From Acaryochloris marina S15 (GTDB lineage Bacteria > Cyanobacteriota > Cyanobacteriia > Thermosynechococcales > Thermosynechococcaceae), in assembly GCF_018336915.1 (NCBI RefSeq), contig NZ_CP064923.1, positions 390,001-422,000 on the forward strand: a stretch of DNA of 32,000 nucleotides, in the 5' to 3' direction. Under the pieces are notes generated by a model, which was not told the DNA's origin, searched no databases, and worked only from the letters and a program-made list of their open reading frames with translations. The stretch's first letter is position 1; the number at the start of each line of letters is the position of its first letter. This document shows positions 24,466 to 32,000 of the stretch, one piece after another. The position numbers were made by a program, and so were the translations under genes.

Positions 24466-24840
24466 TTAGCGCCTTGTTTTATATCTTTTGTTATAGAGTC
24501 GACAGACTAATGGATGTGGATCATCATCGGTAAATGGAATGGCCGTACCATCGGCTGTGATGCGAATGCGATCGCGACAGTCATAGGTCTCTCGAGGTTG
24601 TCTGGCTCCATCAATGGTGACGATGGCCCGATATTCCCAATAATTTTTGGCGGTGCGGTTCAAGGACGCTTCACAAATGCGGCGACCTTTAATATTCCGA
24701 CAGATCGCTGCATGGGCAGGAGCCGGTAGACTAAACAGCACCATCCCTCCCACTAAGACAAAGAGTAAGCTCTTGCGAAGCAGCGCCTTCAACGGTAGGG
24801 CTGGCAGGGGTATCTGTGGCAACGAGAATTGTGAGGTCAT
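24466..24840 (-). CDS. Small secreted hypothetical protein (four Cys, basic)
   Basis: The ATG at 24840 gives a signal peptide ending in APAHA. The mature part of about 80 aa contains four cysteines. No family recognised. Confidence 0.45.
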   Translation of the reverse strand: MTSQFSLPQIPLPALPLKALLRKSLLFVLVGGMVLFSLPAPAHAAICRNIKGRRICEASLNRTAKNYWEYRAIVTIDGARQPRETYDCRDRIRITADGTAIPFTDDDPHPLVCRLYNKRYKTRR

Positions 24841-24975
24841 CAGCAAAAACTCAACAGAAGTATTGATGTATATCTTGACTTGTATCACAGTCCATACCCA
24901 GATTGGCTTAACCTAAACCTACGCTCAATATTTTTCAACGATTGACGGTCAATTTTTGATTACGGCATCGGTCTT

Positions 24976-25857
24976 ATGGTCGTCCCCCCACCTCAAAACC
25001 CATCGAGTTCGTCGGCTAAAGTGGTGTTGATTACGGGATGTTCCTCTGGAATTGGCAAAGCTCTAGCCCTTGAGTTTCGGCAACAAGGCTATCAAGTCTT
25101 CGCAACTGCTCGGAACCTGGCTGATATGGAGGCACTTGCCCAACCAGGGATTGCCACATTGCAGTTAGATGTCACCTGTCCTGCAGAGATAGCCACTGCC
25201 ATCGATACCCTGGTTGCCGAGACCCAGGGAATCGATATTCTCGTGAATAATGCGGGCTATGGGGTGATGGGGCCGTTGCTAGATATTCCCAATGGCGAGT
25301 TGGTGAACCAATTTCAAACCAATGTGTTTGCACCCATCCATCTCATCCAGCAGGTGGTGCCTTTGATGGGGAAGGGAGGGCTGATCCTCAATTTGGGGAG
25401 TGTTTCAGGGGTGATGAGTACGCCTTTTGCCGGTCCCTACTGTGCTTCCAAAGCGGCCCTGCATGCGTTATCCGATGCATTGCGAATGGAACTGGCCCCT
25501 TTTAAGATTCAGGTCGTGACGGTTCGAGCCGGGGCGATTCAATCCCAGTTTGGGCAAACGGCATCCCAGATGGCTGAACGGTTGTTCTCCGCCAACTCTC
25601 GCTATCAGCAGCTCGCACCTCAAATTCAGGCACGGGCGCTAGCGTCTCAGAACCAGGCGACTTCTGCGGCTGTCTTGGCCCAAAAGTTGGTACATCGTAT
25701 TCAGCACTCGGATCGGCTGCCTCCTGAAATTGCCATTGGCAACAAAAGCCGCACCTTGCCATTATTAAAACGGTGGCTACCAACTCGACTATTGGATCGA
25801 ATTTTGATGCGGAAATTTGGGTTAGGGGATTGGCAGCCGGGTCCACCGCCAAACTAA
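24976..25857 (+). CDS. Short-chain dehydrogenase/reductase (SDR) family oxidoreductase
   Basis: Motifs: TGCSSGIG cofactor motif, NNAG, and the catalytic Y..ASK (YCASKAAL). Confidence 0.88.
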   Translation: MVVPPPQNPSSSSAKVVLITGCSSGIGKALALEFRQQGYQVFATARNLADMEALAQPGIATLQLDVTCPAEIATAIDTLVAETQGIDILVNNAGYGVMGPLLDIPNGELVNQFQTNVFAPIHLIQQVVPLMGKGGLILNLGSVSGVMSTPFAGPYCASKAALHALSDALRMELAPFKIQVVTVRAGAIQSQFGQTASQMAERLFSANSRYQQLAPQIQARALASQNQATSAAVLAQKLVHRIQHSDRLPPEIAIGNKSRTLPLLKRWLPTRLLDRILMRKFGLGDWQPGPPPN

Positions 25858-25898
25858 ACCTGACTTTGATTTCAGCTGGAGGGAACGTGAGTCATCAG

Positions 25899-26372
25899 CT
25901 AAAGCTCCAAGCGCATTTCGTTAGAGGGGATAAATCCGATCTGCTCGTAGACGGGTTTGCCCCAAGGAGAGGCATGGAGGATGGCGTGGGTACAGTGTTG
26001 CGATCGCAAATACTCCACCGCTACCTCAGTCAATTTGCGACCAATTCCCTGGCGACGATAGGCCGATTCCACATAGACACCCCAAATGTAGCCATAGTGG
26101 CGCTGGTCCCGATGGATCAAGGATGGATATAACCCAGAAAATAATTGACAGCCCACCGACCCGACCATTGCTGCATCAAGAGAGGCGATATATCCTTGAT
26201 AACCTAATTGATCACGGGCCGTTGCTAAGAACTCTAGGGTGACGGTTTGCCAGTCCGGTCGAATCTGCTCTGTAGGCACCTGGTTATCCCGCCACATTTG
26301 GTAAAAATGCTGGGCAATCAGTTCATCATCTGTGGGAGTTGCGGAGCGGATAGTAAGAGAGGCTTCTGGCAT
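25899..26372 (-). CDS. GNAT family N-acetyltransferase
   Basis: 157 aa with the acetyl-CoA motif RRQGIGRKL. Confidence 0.8.
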   Translation of the reverse strand: MPEASLTIRSATPTDDELIAQHFYQMWRDNQVPTEQIRPDWQTVTLEFLATARDQLGYQGYIASLDAAMVGSVGCQLFSGLYPSLIHRDQRHYGYIWGVYVESAYRRQGIGRKLTEVAVEYLRSQHCTHAILHASPWGKPVYEQIGFIPSNEMRLEL

Positions 26373-26417
26373 GGCGGCACATCCCGGAATTTTAGGTCAA
26401 TCTTTTTGTCCAGAGGG

Positions 26418-26825
26418 TTAATGTATATTGCTCTGAATCACGCTACTATGGCCGACGATCACCTGCCACAAGCCTTGAGGGGAACGCTGCCATAGACGGG
26501 TAAATTGCAGATTGTCCTGGAAAGAAATTTCGCTATAGAGACCTGCCCACTGCACCTCCACAGAGACAACCATCTGTTCTCCGATGGGTTGGATGCGGCG
26601 TTCTGAATACTCAATGGTCTGAAATTGACAGAGCCCGGCTTGATGAAAGGCCAGGTCATCTTGTTTACTCATGATCTGGCCCAGATGGTTGGTAAACACT
26701 AAATCATCAGCAATCAGTTGATCTAGGGTTGCGACATCAGAGGTCAGCATGGCTAAGCGAAGCTGTTCTTCAACCTCAATAATTTGCTTCTCTAAGTCAG
26801 ACGAGAGGGGCTGAGCCATGGGCAA
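26418..26825 (-). CDS. NTF2-like/SnoaL-like (DUF4440-type) protein
   Basis: 135 aa. The pattern LDQLIADDLVFTNHLGQ...WQRSPQGLWQVIVGHSS is typical of DUF4440 cone-fold proteins. Confidence 0.6.
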   Translation of the reverse strand: MPMAQPLSSDLEKQIIEVEEQLRLAMLTSDVATLDQLIADDLVFTNHLGQIMSKQDDLAFHQAGLCQFQTIEYSERRIQPIGEQMVVSVEVQWAGLYSEISFQDNLQFTRLWQRSPQGLWQVIVGHSSVIQSNIH

Positions 26826-26921
26826 TAGACTTGTAACCGGTTAGAACGGATTGCAATTGGGGCATCCTTGACCCAACATCAATTGGGGTGTAGGAGTCAC
26901 AATAAATTCAAGCTCGACCGC

Positions 26922-27341
26922 CTAGGACTGGCAGCGATCGCACAAGCCACTCACGGTAACCTCATAGGTTTGGGCTTCTAAGCCAGGCCGAAGGTTGTTA
27001 AGACTAATTTCTTGGAAACAATTCCAAGAGATGTCTTCAATTTCGCCACATTGGCGACAGCGGAAATGATGGTGAGGATCGACGTTGGCGTCATATCGGG
27101 ACACGCCCTCTTCTAATAAGACTTCTCGTACTAGTCCTACATCTCGTAGGGCTTGCAACGAGCTATACACCGTCGCTTGAGAAGAAATGGGAAAATCCTG
27201 ATTTAGATCCTGTAGTAGATGTTCTACGGTTGGATGATCGGTCCGAGACAGCAAATTGGCATACACCGCATAACGTTGGGGTGTTACTCGGAGACCTTTC
27301 TCCTTTAAAACTTGCACGATGGTGTCGGCAGACTGCTTCAT
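26922..27341 (-). CDS. Fur-family transcriptional regulator, PerR-like
   Basis: Motifs: RVTPQR, HHHFRC, and two CxxC pairs (CRQC, CDRC). It is divergent from a peroxiredoxin gene, as I recall for the Synechocystis perR/ahpC pair. Confidence 0.8.
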   Translation of the reverse strand: MKQSADTIVQVLKEKGLRVTPQRYAVYANLLSRTDHPTVEHLLQDLNQDFPISSQATVYSSLQALRDVGLVREVLLEEGVSRYDANVDPHHHFRCRQCGEIEDISWNCFQEISLNNLRPGLEAQTYEVTVSGLCDRCQS

Positions 27342-27474
27342 TATTTTTTTTGTAAAACAGCAAATACTATTGCGGCAATTTATTCACCAATTATAGAGGC
27401 AAAACTTGCATTGCTTCTATAAAATATAGTATTTCTTAAAAATAAGTATATATTACTATTGAATTATTCGTAAA

Positions 27475-27489
27475 TAAGAATTATTCTTA
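27475..27489. promoter_or_regulatory. Candidate Fur/PerR-family operator: perfect 7-1-7 inverted repeat TAAGAATTATTCTTA
   Basis: TAAGAAT-T-ATTCTTA is exactly self-complementary. It lies 54 nt upstream of the prx ATG in the perR/prx divergent region and has the geometry of a Fur-family box. Confidence 0.5.
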
Positions 27490-27542
27490 GATGTGTGGAG
27501 GCGATTGCCGACACCTGTTCACCCCAACACATGAGGAATAAC

Positions 27543-28115
27543 ATGGCTGTATTTGCAACTGAGCGAGTACCTGACGTCGTCTTTAAGACCCGAGTTCGGG
27601 ATGAGTCCGTTTCCGGTCCCAACCCCTATCGTTGGGAAGACAAAACCACCCAGGATATTTTTGGTGGTAAGCGAGTGGTTGTGTTCTCCCTACCCGGTGC
27701 ATTTACCCCCACTTGCTCATCGACACACTTACCTCGCTATGAGGAACTATACGAAGAAATTAAAGCCCAAGGGGTTGATGGTGTCATCTGCCTTTCGGTT
27801 AATGATGCATTTGTGATGTTCCAATGGGGCAAGCATCAAGGTGCTAAGAATGTTTTCTTACTTCCCGACGGCAATGGTGAGTTTACTCGCAAGATGGGCA
27901 TGTTGGTGGACAAATCTAACCTAGGCTTCGGCATGCGCTCTTGGCGCTATTCGATGGTTGTCAATGATGGCAAAATCGAAAAAATGTTTATCGAAGCTGA
28001 TTATGGCGATAACTGCCCTACAGACCCCTTTGAAGTATCTGATGCCGATACGATGTTGGCCTATCTCAAGGGTGTCCATGCCAATGCAGCAACTACGGCT
28101 GCTGCGGTTGGCTAA
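27543..28115 (+). CDS. Type II (Prx5-like) peroxiredoxin
   Basis: PGAFTPTCS peroxidatic-Cys motif. 190 aa from the ATG at 27543 (SD AGGAA). The track's GTG at 27495 is less likely. Confidence 0.88.
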   Translation: MAVFATERVPDVVFKTRVRDESVSGPNPYRWEDKTTQDIFGGKRVVVFSLPGAFTPTCSSTHLPRYEELYEEIKAQGVDGVICLSVNDAFVMFQWGKHQGAKNVFLLPDGNGEFTRKMGMLVDKSNLGFGMRSWRYSMVVNDGKIEKMFIEADYGDNCPTDPFEVSDADTMLAYLKGVHANAATTAAAVG

Positions 28116-28141
28116 ATATCTTGGGCCAACGTCCAACGATG

Positions 28142-28175
28142 GAGTGGGTCGGCTGACCCGCTCTGTTGTGTCTTG
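28142..28175 (+). terminator. Hairpin with a U-rich tail after prx (terminator or attenuator)
   Basis: Stem GAGTGGGTC / GACCCGCTC (9 bp, one G-U pair) with loop GGCT, followed by TGTTGTGTCTT. Confidence 0.5.
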
Positions 28176-28227
28176 GATTGATTAGGCTAAAGTGAAACGC
28201 AATTAAATCTGCAAAGGAGGGAAGACG

Positions 28228-29586
28228 ATGAGTTATGACTATGATTTGTTTGTGATTGGTGCGGGCTCAGGTGGTATTGCAACGGCCCGGCGAGCAGCTC
28301 AATATGGTGCCAAAGTAGGCATTGCAGAATATGACCGTTTGGGTGGCACCTGCGTCAATCGAGGCTGTGTACCGAAAAAGCTGATGGTCTATGCTTCTCA
28401 CTTCCCTTCTCAGTTTGATGCTGCCACGGGGTATGGCTGGAGCCCAGTCGAGAGTAAATTGGACTGGCTCAAAATGATCACGGCAGTGAATGATGAAGTA
28501 ACTCGACTCAATGGCATCTATCAGAAGATGCTGGATAACTCTAAAGTCGAGGTTTATCGTGGTCGAGCGGCGTTAGTGGATGCCCATACGGTGACCATTG
28601 GTGATCAAAAGGTAACCGCCGATAAAATTTTAGTAGCGGTGGGGGGTAAGCCCGTCAAGCCGGACAGTATTCCCGGCATCGAACATGCCATCACGTCAGA
28701 CGATATTTTCAACCTGAAAGAGCAGCCTAAACATCTAGTTGTCCTCGGTGGTGGCTATATCGGTATTGAGTTTGCCTGCATTCTCAAGGGATTAGGGTCG
28801 GACGTGACGTTGATGATTCGGGCTGACAAAATTTTGCGCGGCTTTGACGACGATATCCGCTCAGAAATTCAAGAGGCGATGCAGAAGCATGGCATCCGAG
28901 TGCTGAATAATATGACGGATCTTGCCATTGCCAAATCCGATACGGGTCTCCAAATCACCGTTAAGCAGGCGAACAATGCCGAAGAAACCATCCTGGCGGA
29001 TGCTGTAAGCCTAGCGGCAACAGGCCGTATCCCTAACTTGGAGGGATTGGGGATTGAAAATACGGCGATAGAAGTAGACGGTGGTGCGATCTCAGTGGAT
29101 GACTATAGCCAAACAGCGGAACCCAATATTTATGCTGTCGGTGACTGTACAGATCGAATCAATTTAACGCCCGTTGCAATTAATGAAGGACGTGCCTTTG
29201 CGGATACCCATTTTGGCGGAAATTCTCGCCAGATGAGCTATGACAATGTGGCGACGGCCATCTTCACCACCCCAGAAGCAGCCACCGTTGGACTCACGGA
29301 AACAGAGGCACAGGAAAAATATGGTGAGGACAAGATCAAGGTGTATCGAAGTCGCTTCCGCCCCATGTATTACACCCTCCCCAATCATGATGAGAAAACG
29401 CTGATGAAACTGATCGTTAATACCGAAACTGATCAGGTTCTGGGGGCACATATGGTGGGTGACCATGCGGGAGAAATTATTCAAGGGGTCGCGATCGCAG
29501 TCAAGATGGGAGCCACAAAAGCCCAGTTTGACGCTACTGTCGGCATTCACCCGAGTTCTGCCGAAGAATTTGTAACAATGCGCTAA
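28228..29586 (+). CDS. gor: Glutathione-disulfide reductase
   Basis: Motifs: FVIGAGSGG FAD motif, redox-active GGTCVNRGCVPKK, and C-terminal HPSSAEEFVTMR. Strong SD AAAGGAGGG. Confidence 0.9.
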   Translation: MSYDYDLFVIGAGSGGIATARRAAQYGAKVGIAEYDRLGGTCVNRGCVPKKLMVYASHFPSQFDAATGYGWSPVESKLDWLKMITAVNDEVTRLNGIYQKMLDNSKVEVYRGRAALVDAHTVTIGDQKVTADKILVAVGGKPVKPDSIPGIEHAITSDDIFNLKEQPKHLVVLGGGYIGIEFACILKGLGSDVTLMIRADKILRGFDDDIRSEIQEAMQKHGIRVLNNMTDLAIAKSDTGLQITVKQANNAEETILADAVSLAATGRIPNLEGLGIENTAIEVDGGAISVDDYSQTAEPNIYAVGDCTDRINLTPVAINEGRAFADTHFGGNSRQMSYDNVATAIFTTPEAATVGLTETEAQEKYGEDKIKVYRSRFRPMYYTLPNHDEKTLMKLIVNTETDQVLGAHMVGDHAGEIIQGVAIAVKMGATKAQFDATVGIHPSSAEEFVTMR

Positions 29587-29667
29587 GCAAAATGTCACTT
29601 TTTAGAATTGAGGGGGCACTTTAAGCTCAGGAATCTGGTATCGAGAGATTCCTCCTCAGAGGATTTG

Positions 29668-29699
29668 ACCCCTGACTTCATGTCAGGGGTTTCTTTATT
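29668..29699 (+). terminator. Rho-independent terminator after gor
   Basis: Stem ACCCCTGAC / GTCAGGGGT (9 bp) with loop TTCAT, followed by TTCTTTATT. A second 7-bp hairpin lies at 29630-29652. Confidence 0.7.
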
Positions 29700-29714
29700 G
29701 GAATCTAGCGATTT

Positions 29715-30188
29715 TTAGCCCGCTTTCACCAAGACGGTATCTCCCTCTAGTTTCGCTTCATAGGTGGGAAGTGGATCTTTGGCGGGACCATTGGCAACGG
29801 TTCCATCTGCCTTAAATTTGGATCCATGACATCCACAGTCTAAGGTTCCTCCTTCAGCATTCCAGTCCACGGGACATTGACTATGGGTACATTGATTTTT
29901 GAAAGCAACGACCTTTGTTTTGTCATCAGGACTGAGAATGACGAGTAGGGGGGCACCACCAAAGTCTTCCATGACTACAGACCCACTGCTTTCTAGGTCT
30001 GCCAGCTTACCGACTTCGGTAAACCCATCCGCCGTGGTGACTGGGGCAGGGGCTTCGGCAGTATCAGTGGATTCGGGTGAAGAAGATGCTTCTGGTGTGT
30101 CACTCGAGGTGCAAGCTGCGAGCACCACGGGTAAGCTGCTGGCTAATGTGCCAACCCCTACCCAAGAAAGAAATGTACGACGATCCAT
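29715..30188 (-). CDS. Rieske [2Fe-2S] protein with a Tat signal and lipobox (PetC3-like)
   Basis: Twin-arginine N-terminus MDRRTFL and lipobox LAAC. The Rieske boxes CTHSQC and CGCHGS are b6f/bc1-type, with the extra disulfide cysteines. Confidence 0.75.
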   Translation of the reverse strand: MDRRTFLSWVGVGTLASSLPVVLAACTSSDTPEASSSPESTDTAEAPAPVTTADGFTEVGKLADLESSGSVVMEDFGGAPLLVILSPDDKTKVVAFKNQCTHSQCPVDWNAEGGTLDCGCHGSKFKADGTVANGPAKDPLPTYEAKLEGDTVLVKAG

Positions 30189-30441
30189 TCAGTGTTCTCC
30201 TGTATCTGAGATACGGACTTCGCTGGTTATTATGCCTGATCTAGTTTCAATTCGTTGTACTGCAGCGATATAAAACCTCAATCACATTAGTATCTAGACC
30301 CTTCTAACTCAGAAGAGGGCTTCAGGGAGAATTTGACCAGCAACTCAAATGACTGGGTTAAAAGATATGCAATAATTTGTTACATTCAAGATCTGGACTG
30401 TTCAAGAGGCAGTTCCAAACCATTGTTAGAGAAGAAAAAGC

Positions 30442-31920
30442 ATGCGTGTTGCAATTGTAGGTGCGGGTCTGGCAGGGATGGCCACCGCAGTTGACTTAGT
30501 TGATGCGGGTCACGAAGTAGAACTATATGAAGCTCGTCCCTTTGTCGGCGGTAAAGTCAGCAGCTGGATCGATGACCAAGGCAATCATATTGAAATGGGC
30601 CTGCATGTCTTCTTCGGCAACTACCGTCGCTTGTTTGCACTCATGGCAAAGGTGGGGGCTTTAGATCACTTCCTACTGAAAGAGCATGTCCATAACTTTG
30701 TCAATAAAGGTGGGCGTTTAGGGGCCTTAGATTTTCGCTTTCTGATTGGGGCTCCTTTCAATGGTTTGAAAGCCTTTTTCACGACTTCTCAGCTGTCGTT
30801 GCGGGACAAGATCCAGAATGCGATCGCACTCGGTACCAGCCCCATTGTTCGTGGCCTAGTGGACTACGAAGGGGCGATGCGCAACATTCGTGCCCTAGAT
30901 AATGTCAGCTTTGCCGATTGGTTCCGCCGTCATGGAGGTAGCAATGGCAGTATCAAACGCATGTGGAACCCCATTGCCTATGCCCTTGGGTTTATCGACT
31001 GCGAAAATATTTCCGCCCGCTGCATGCTCACCATCTTTCAGATGTTTGCTGTCCGCCGAGAAAACTCCATGCTGCGGATGCTAGAAGGCTCGCCTCAAGA
31101 ATATCTGCATCAACCGATCATCAACTATTTAGAAGAGCGGGGCGTTAAATTCCACCTCCGTCGGCGCACCTTAGAAGTTTTGTACGACAATAAGGACGAC
31201 GAAACCCATATTACCGGCCTCCGAGTTGCCAAAGAAGACGGGGATGAAATCATTACGGCAGATGCCTATGTCTGTGCCTGTGATGTCCCAGGGATTAAAC
31301 GGCTGATTCCTGATGATTGGCGGCATTGGTCTGAATTTGACAATATCTATAAACTTGATGCAGTCCCCGTTGCCACGGTCCAGCTGCGCTTTGATGGCTG
31401 GGTCACCGAAATGAACGACCCCCAGGCTCGTAAACAGGTAGAAAAAGCAACAGGCTTGGATAACCTCCTCTATACCGCCGATGCCGACTTCTCTTGCTTT
31501 GCCGACCTCGCTCTCACTAGCCCCAGCGATTACTATAAGGAAGGGGAAGGCTCATTGATGCAGCTGGTACTCACCCCAGGCGATCCCTTTATCAAAAAGA
31601 GCAACGAAGAAATTGCCAACCATGTCCTCAAACAAGTCCAAGAGCTGTTCCCTTCGTCCCACGACTTGAATATGACTTGGTACAGTGTGGTCAAACTGGC
31701 CCAGTCTCTCTATCGGGAAGCCCCTGGCATGGAGCCTTACCGACCCCATCAAAAAACCCCCATTCCTAACTTTTTCCTGGCGGGGAGCTACACCAATCAA
31801 GACTATATCGATAGTATGGAAGGGGCTACAATTTCCGGCCACCAGGCTGCCCAAGCCATCTTAGAAAGCGCGACTACGATTCAGCAACTGAGTGAGAAAT
31901 ATCCATGTCAGATTGGCTAG
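30442..31920 (+). CDS. crtQ: Zeta-carotene desaturase
   Basis: 492 aa. The N-terminus [39 protein letters not shown]...[11 protein letters not shown] is typical of plant-type ZDS rather than PDS. Confidence 0.88.
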   Translation: MRVAIVGAGLAGMATAVDLVDAGHEVELYEARPFVGGKVSSWIDDQGNHIEMGLHVFFGNYRRLFALMAKVGALDHFLLKEHVHNFVNKGGRLGALDFRFLIGAPFNGLKAFFTTSQLSLRDKIQNAIALGTSPIVRGLVDYEGAMRNIRALDNVSFADWFRRHGGSNGSIKRMWNPIAYALGFIDCENISARCMLTIFQMFAVRRENSMLRMLEGSPQEYLHQPIINYLEERGVKFHLRRRTLEVLYDNKDDETHITGLRVAKEDGDEIITADAYVCACDVPGIKRLIPDDWRHWSEFDNIYKLDAVPVATVQLRFDGWVTEMNDPQARKQVEKATGLDNLLYTADADFSCFADLALTSPSDYYKEGEGSLMQLVLTPGDPFIKKSNEEIANHVLKQVQELFPSSHDLNMTWYSVVKLAQSLYREAPGMEPYRPHQKTPIPNFFLAGSYTNQDYIDSMEGATISGHQAAQAILESATTIQQLSEKYPCQIG

Positions 31921-32000
31921 AACATAGTGAACAAGTTGAGGTCCCCGTCAGCATTGAGGCAGCATGGGATCTCTGGTCTAATTTAGAACTGATGCCCCAG
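31905..32000 (+). CDS. 5' end of an SRPBCC/cyclase-dehydrase-like protein (3'-truncated by the window edge)
   Basis: The ATG at 31905 opens a frame ([32 protein letters not shown]) that runs to the window end. The N-terminus resembles SRPBCC proteins. It overlaps the zds 3' end by 16 nt and is absent from the ORF track because it is short. Confidence 0.5.
   Translation, partial: MSDWLEHSEQVEVPVSIEAAWDLWSNLELMPQ

Noticed and set aside
1-32000. Search for mobile elements, CRISPR arrays, tRNA/rRNA genes, and defence or toxin-antitoxin modules
   Set aside because: No transposase, integrase or recombinase-like translations. No regularly spaced direct repeats. No T-loop-like GGTTCGAATCC elements in the intergenic regions. 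No nuclease, ATPase or methylase clusters. The window reads as core chromosome.

Overview
This is a cyanobacterial chromosomal segment. The evidence is the Pcb/IsiA-type antenna genes, chlM, hli, zds, a cyAbrB regulator, and about 30-fold enrichment of the HIP1 octamer GCGATCGC. The tandem Pcb-type genes suggest an Acaryochloris- or Prochlorothrix-like lineage, but that is only a guess. I call about 35 protein genes, nearly all ordinary core metabolism or housekeeping:
- a GH13_18 phosphorylase coupled to an MPGP-type phosphatase
- bioY-lspA
- two tandem Pcb/IsiA antenna genes
- a ComB-family phosphatase with a long lysine-rich tail
- dusA, holA, cobH-cobL
- cyAbrB and sdhB
- hli, sodB, and sqs with an HpnG-like phosphorylase
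- a HAL2/CysQ-type nucleotidase and chlM
- a PerR-like regulator with PrxII and gor
- a PetC3-like Rieske protein and zds

I found no rRNA, tRNA, CRISPR array, transposase, integrase, or recognisable defence or toxin module, and nothing I can defend as a clearly new multi-gene system.

The most unusual items are:
1. The tandem antenna paralogs have opposite base composition, and the second has a remodelled C-terminus.
2. The ComB-family enzyme is fused to a roughly 270-aa KPKA-repeat disordered tail.
3. An uncharacterised DUF3038-like/DUF4335-like gene pair, whose second member has a TonB-like membrane-anchor, proline-spacer and C-terminal-domain layout.
4. A perfect 7-1-7 palindrome sits in the perR/prx divergent promoter.

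All family assignments come from reading motifs in the translations and from memory of the families. No database search was run.
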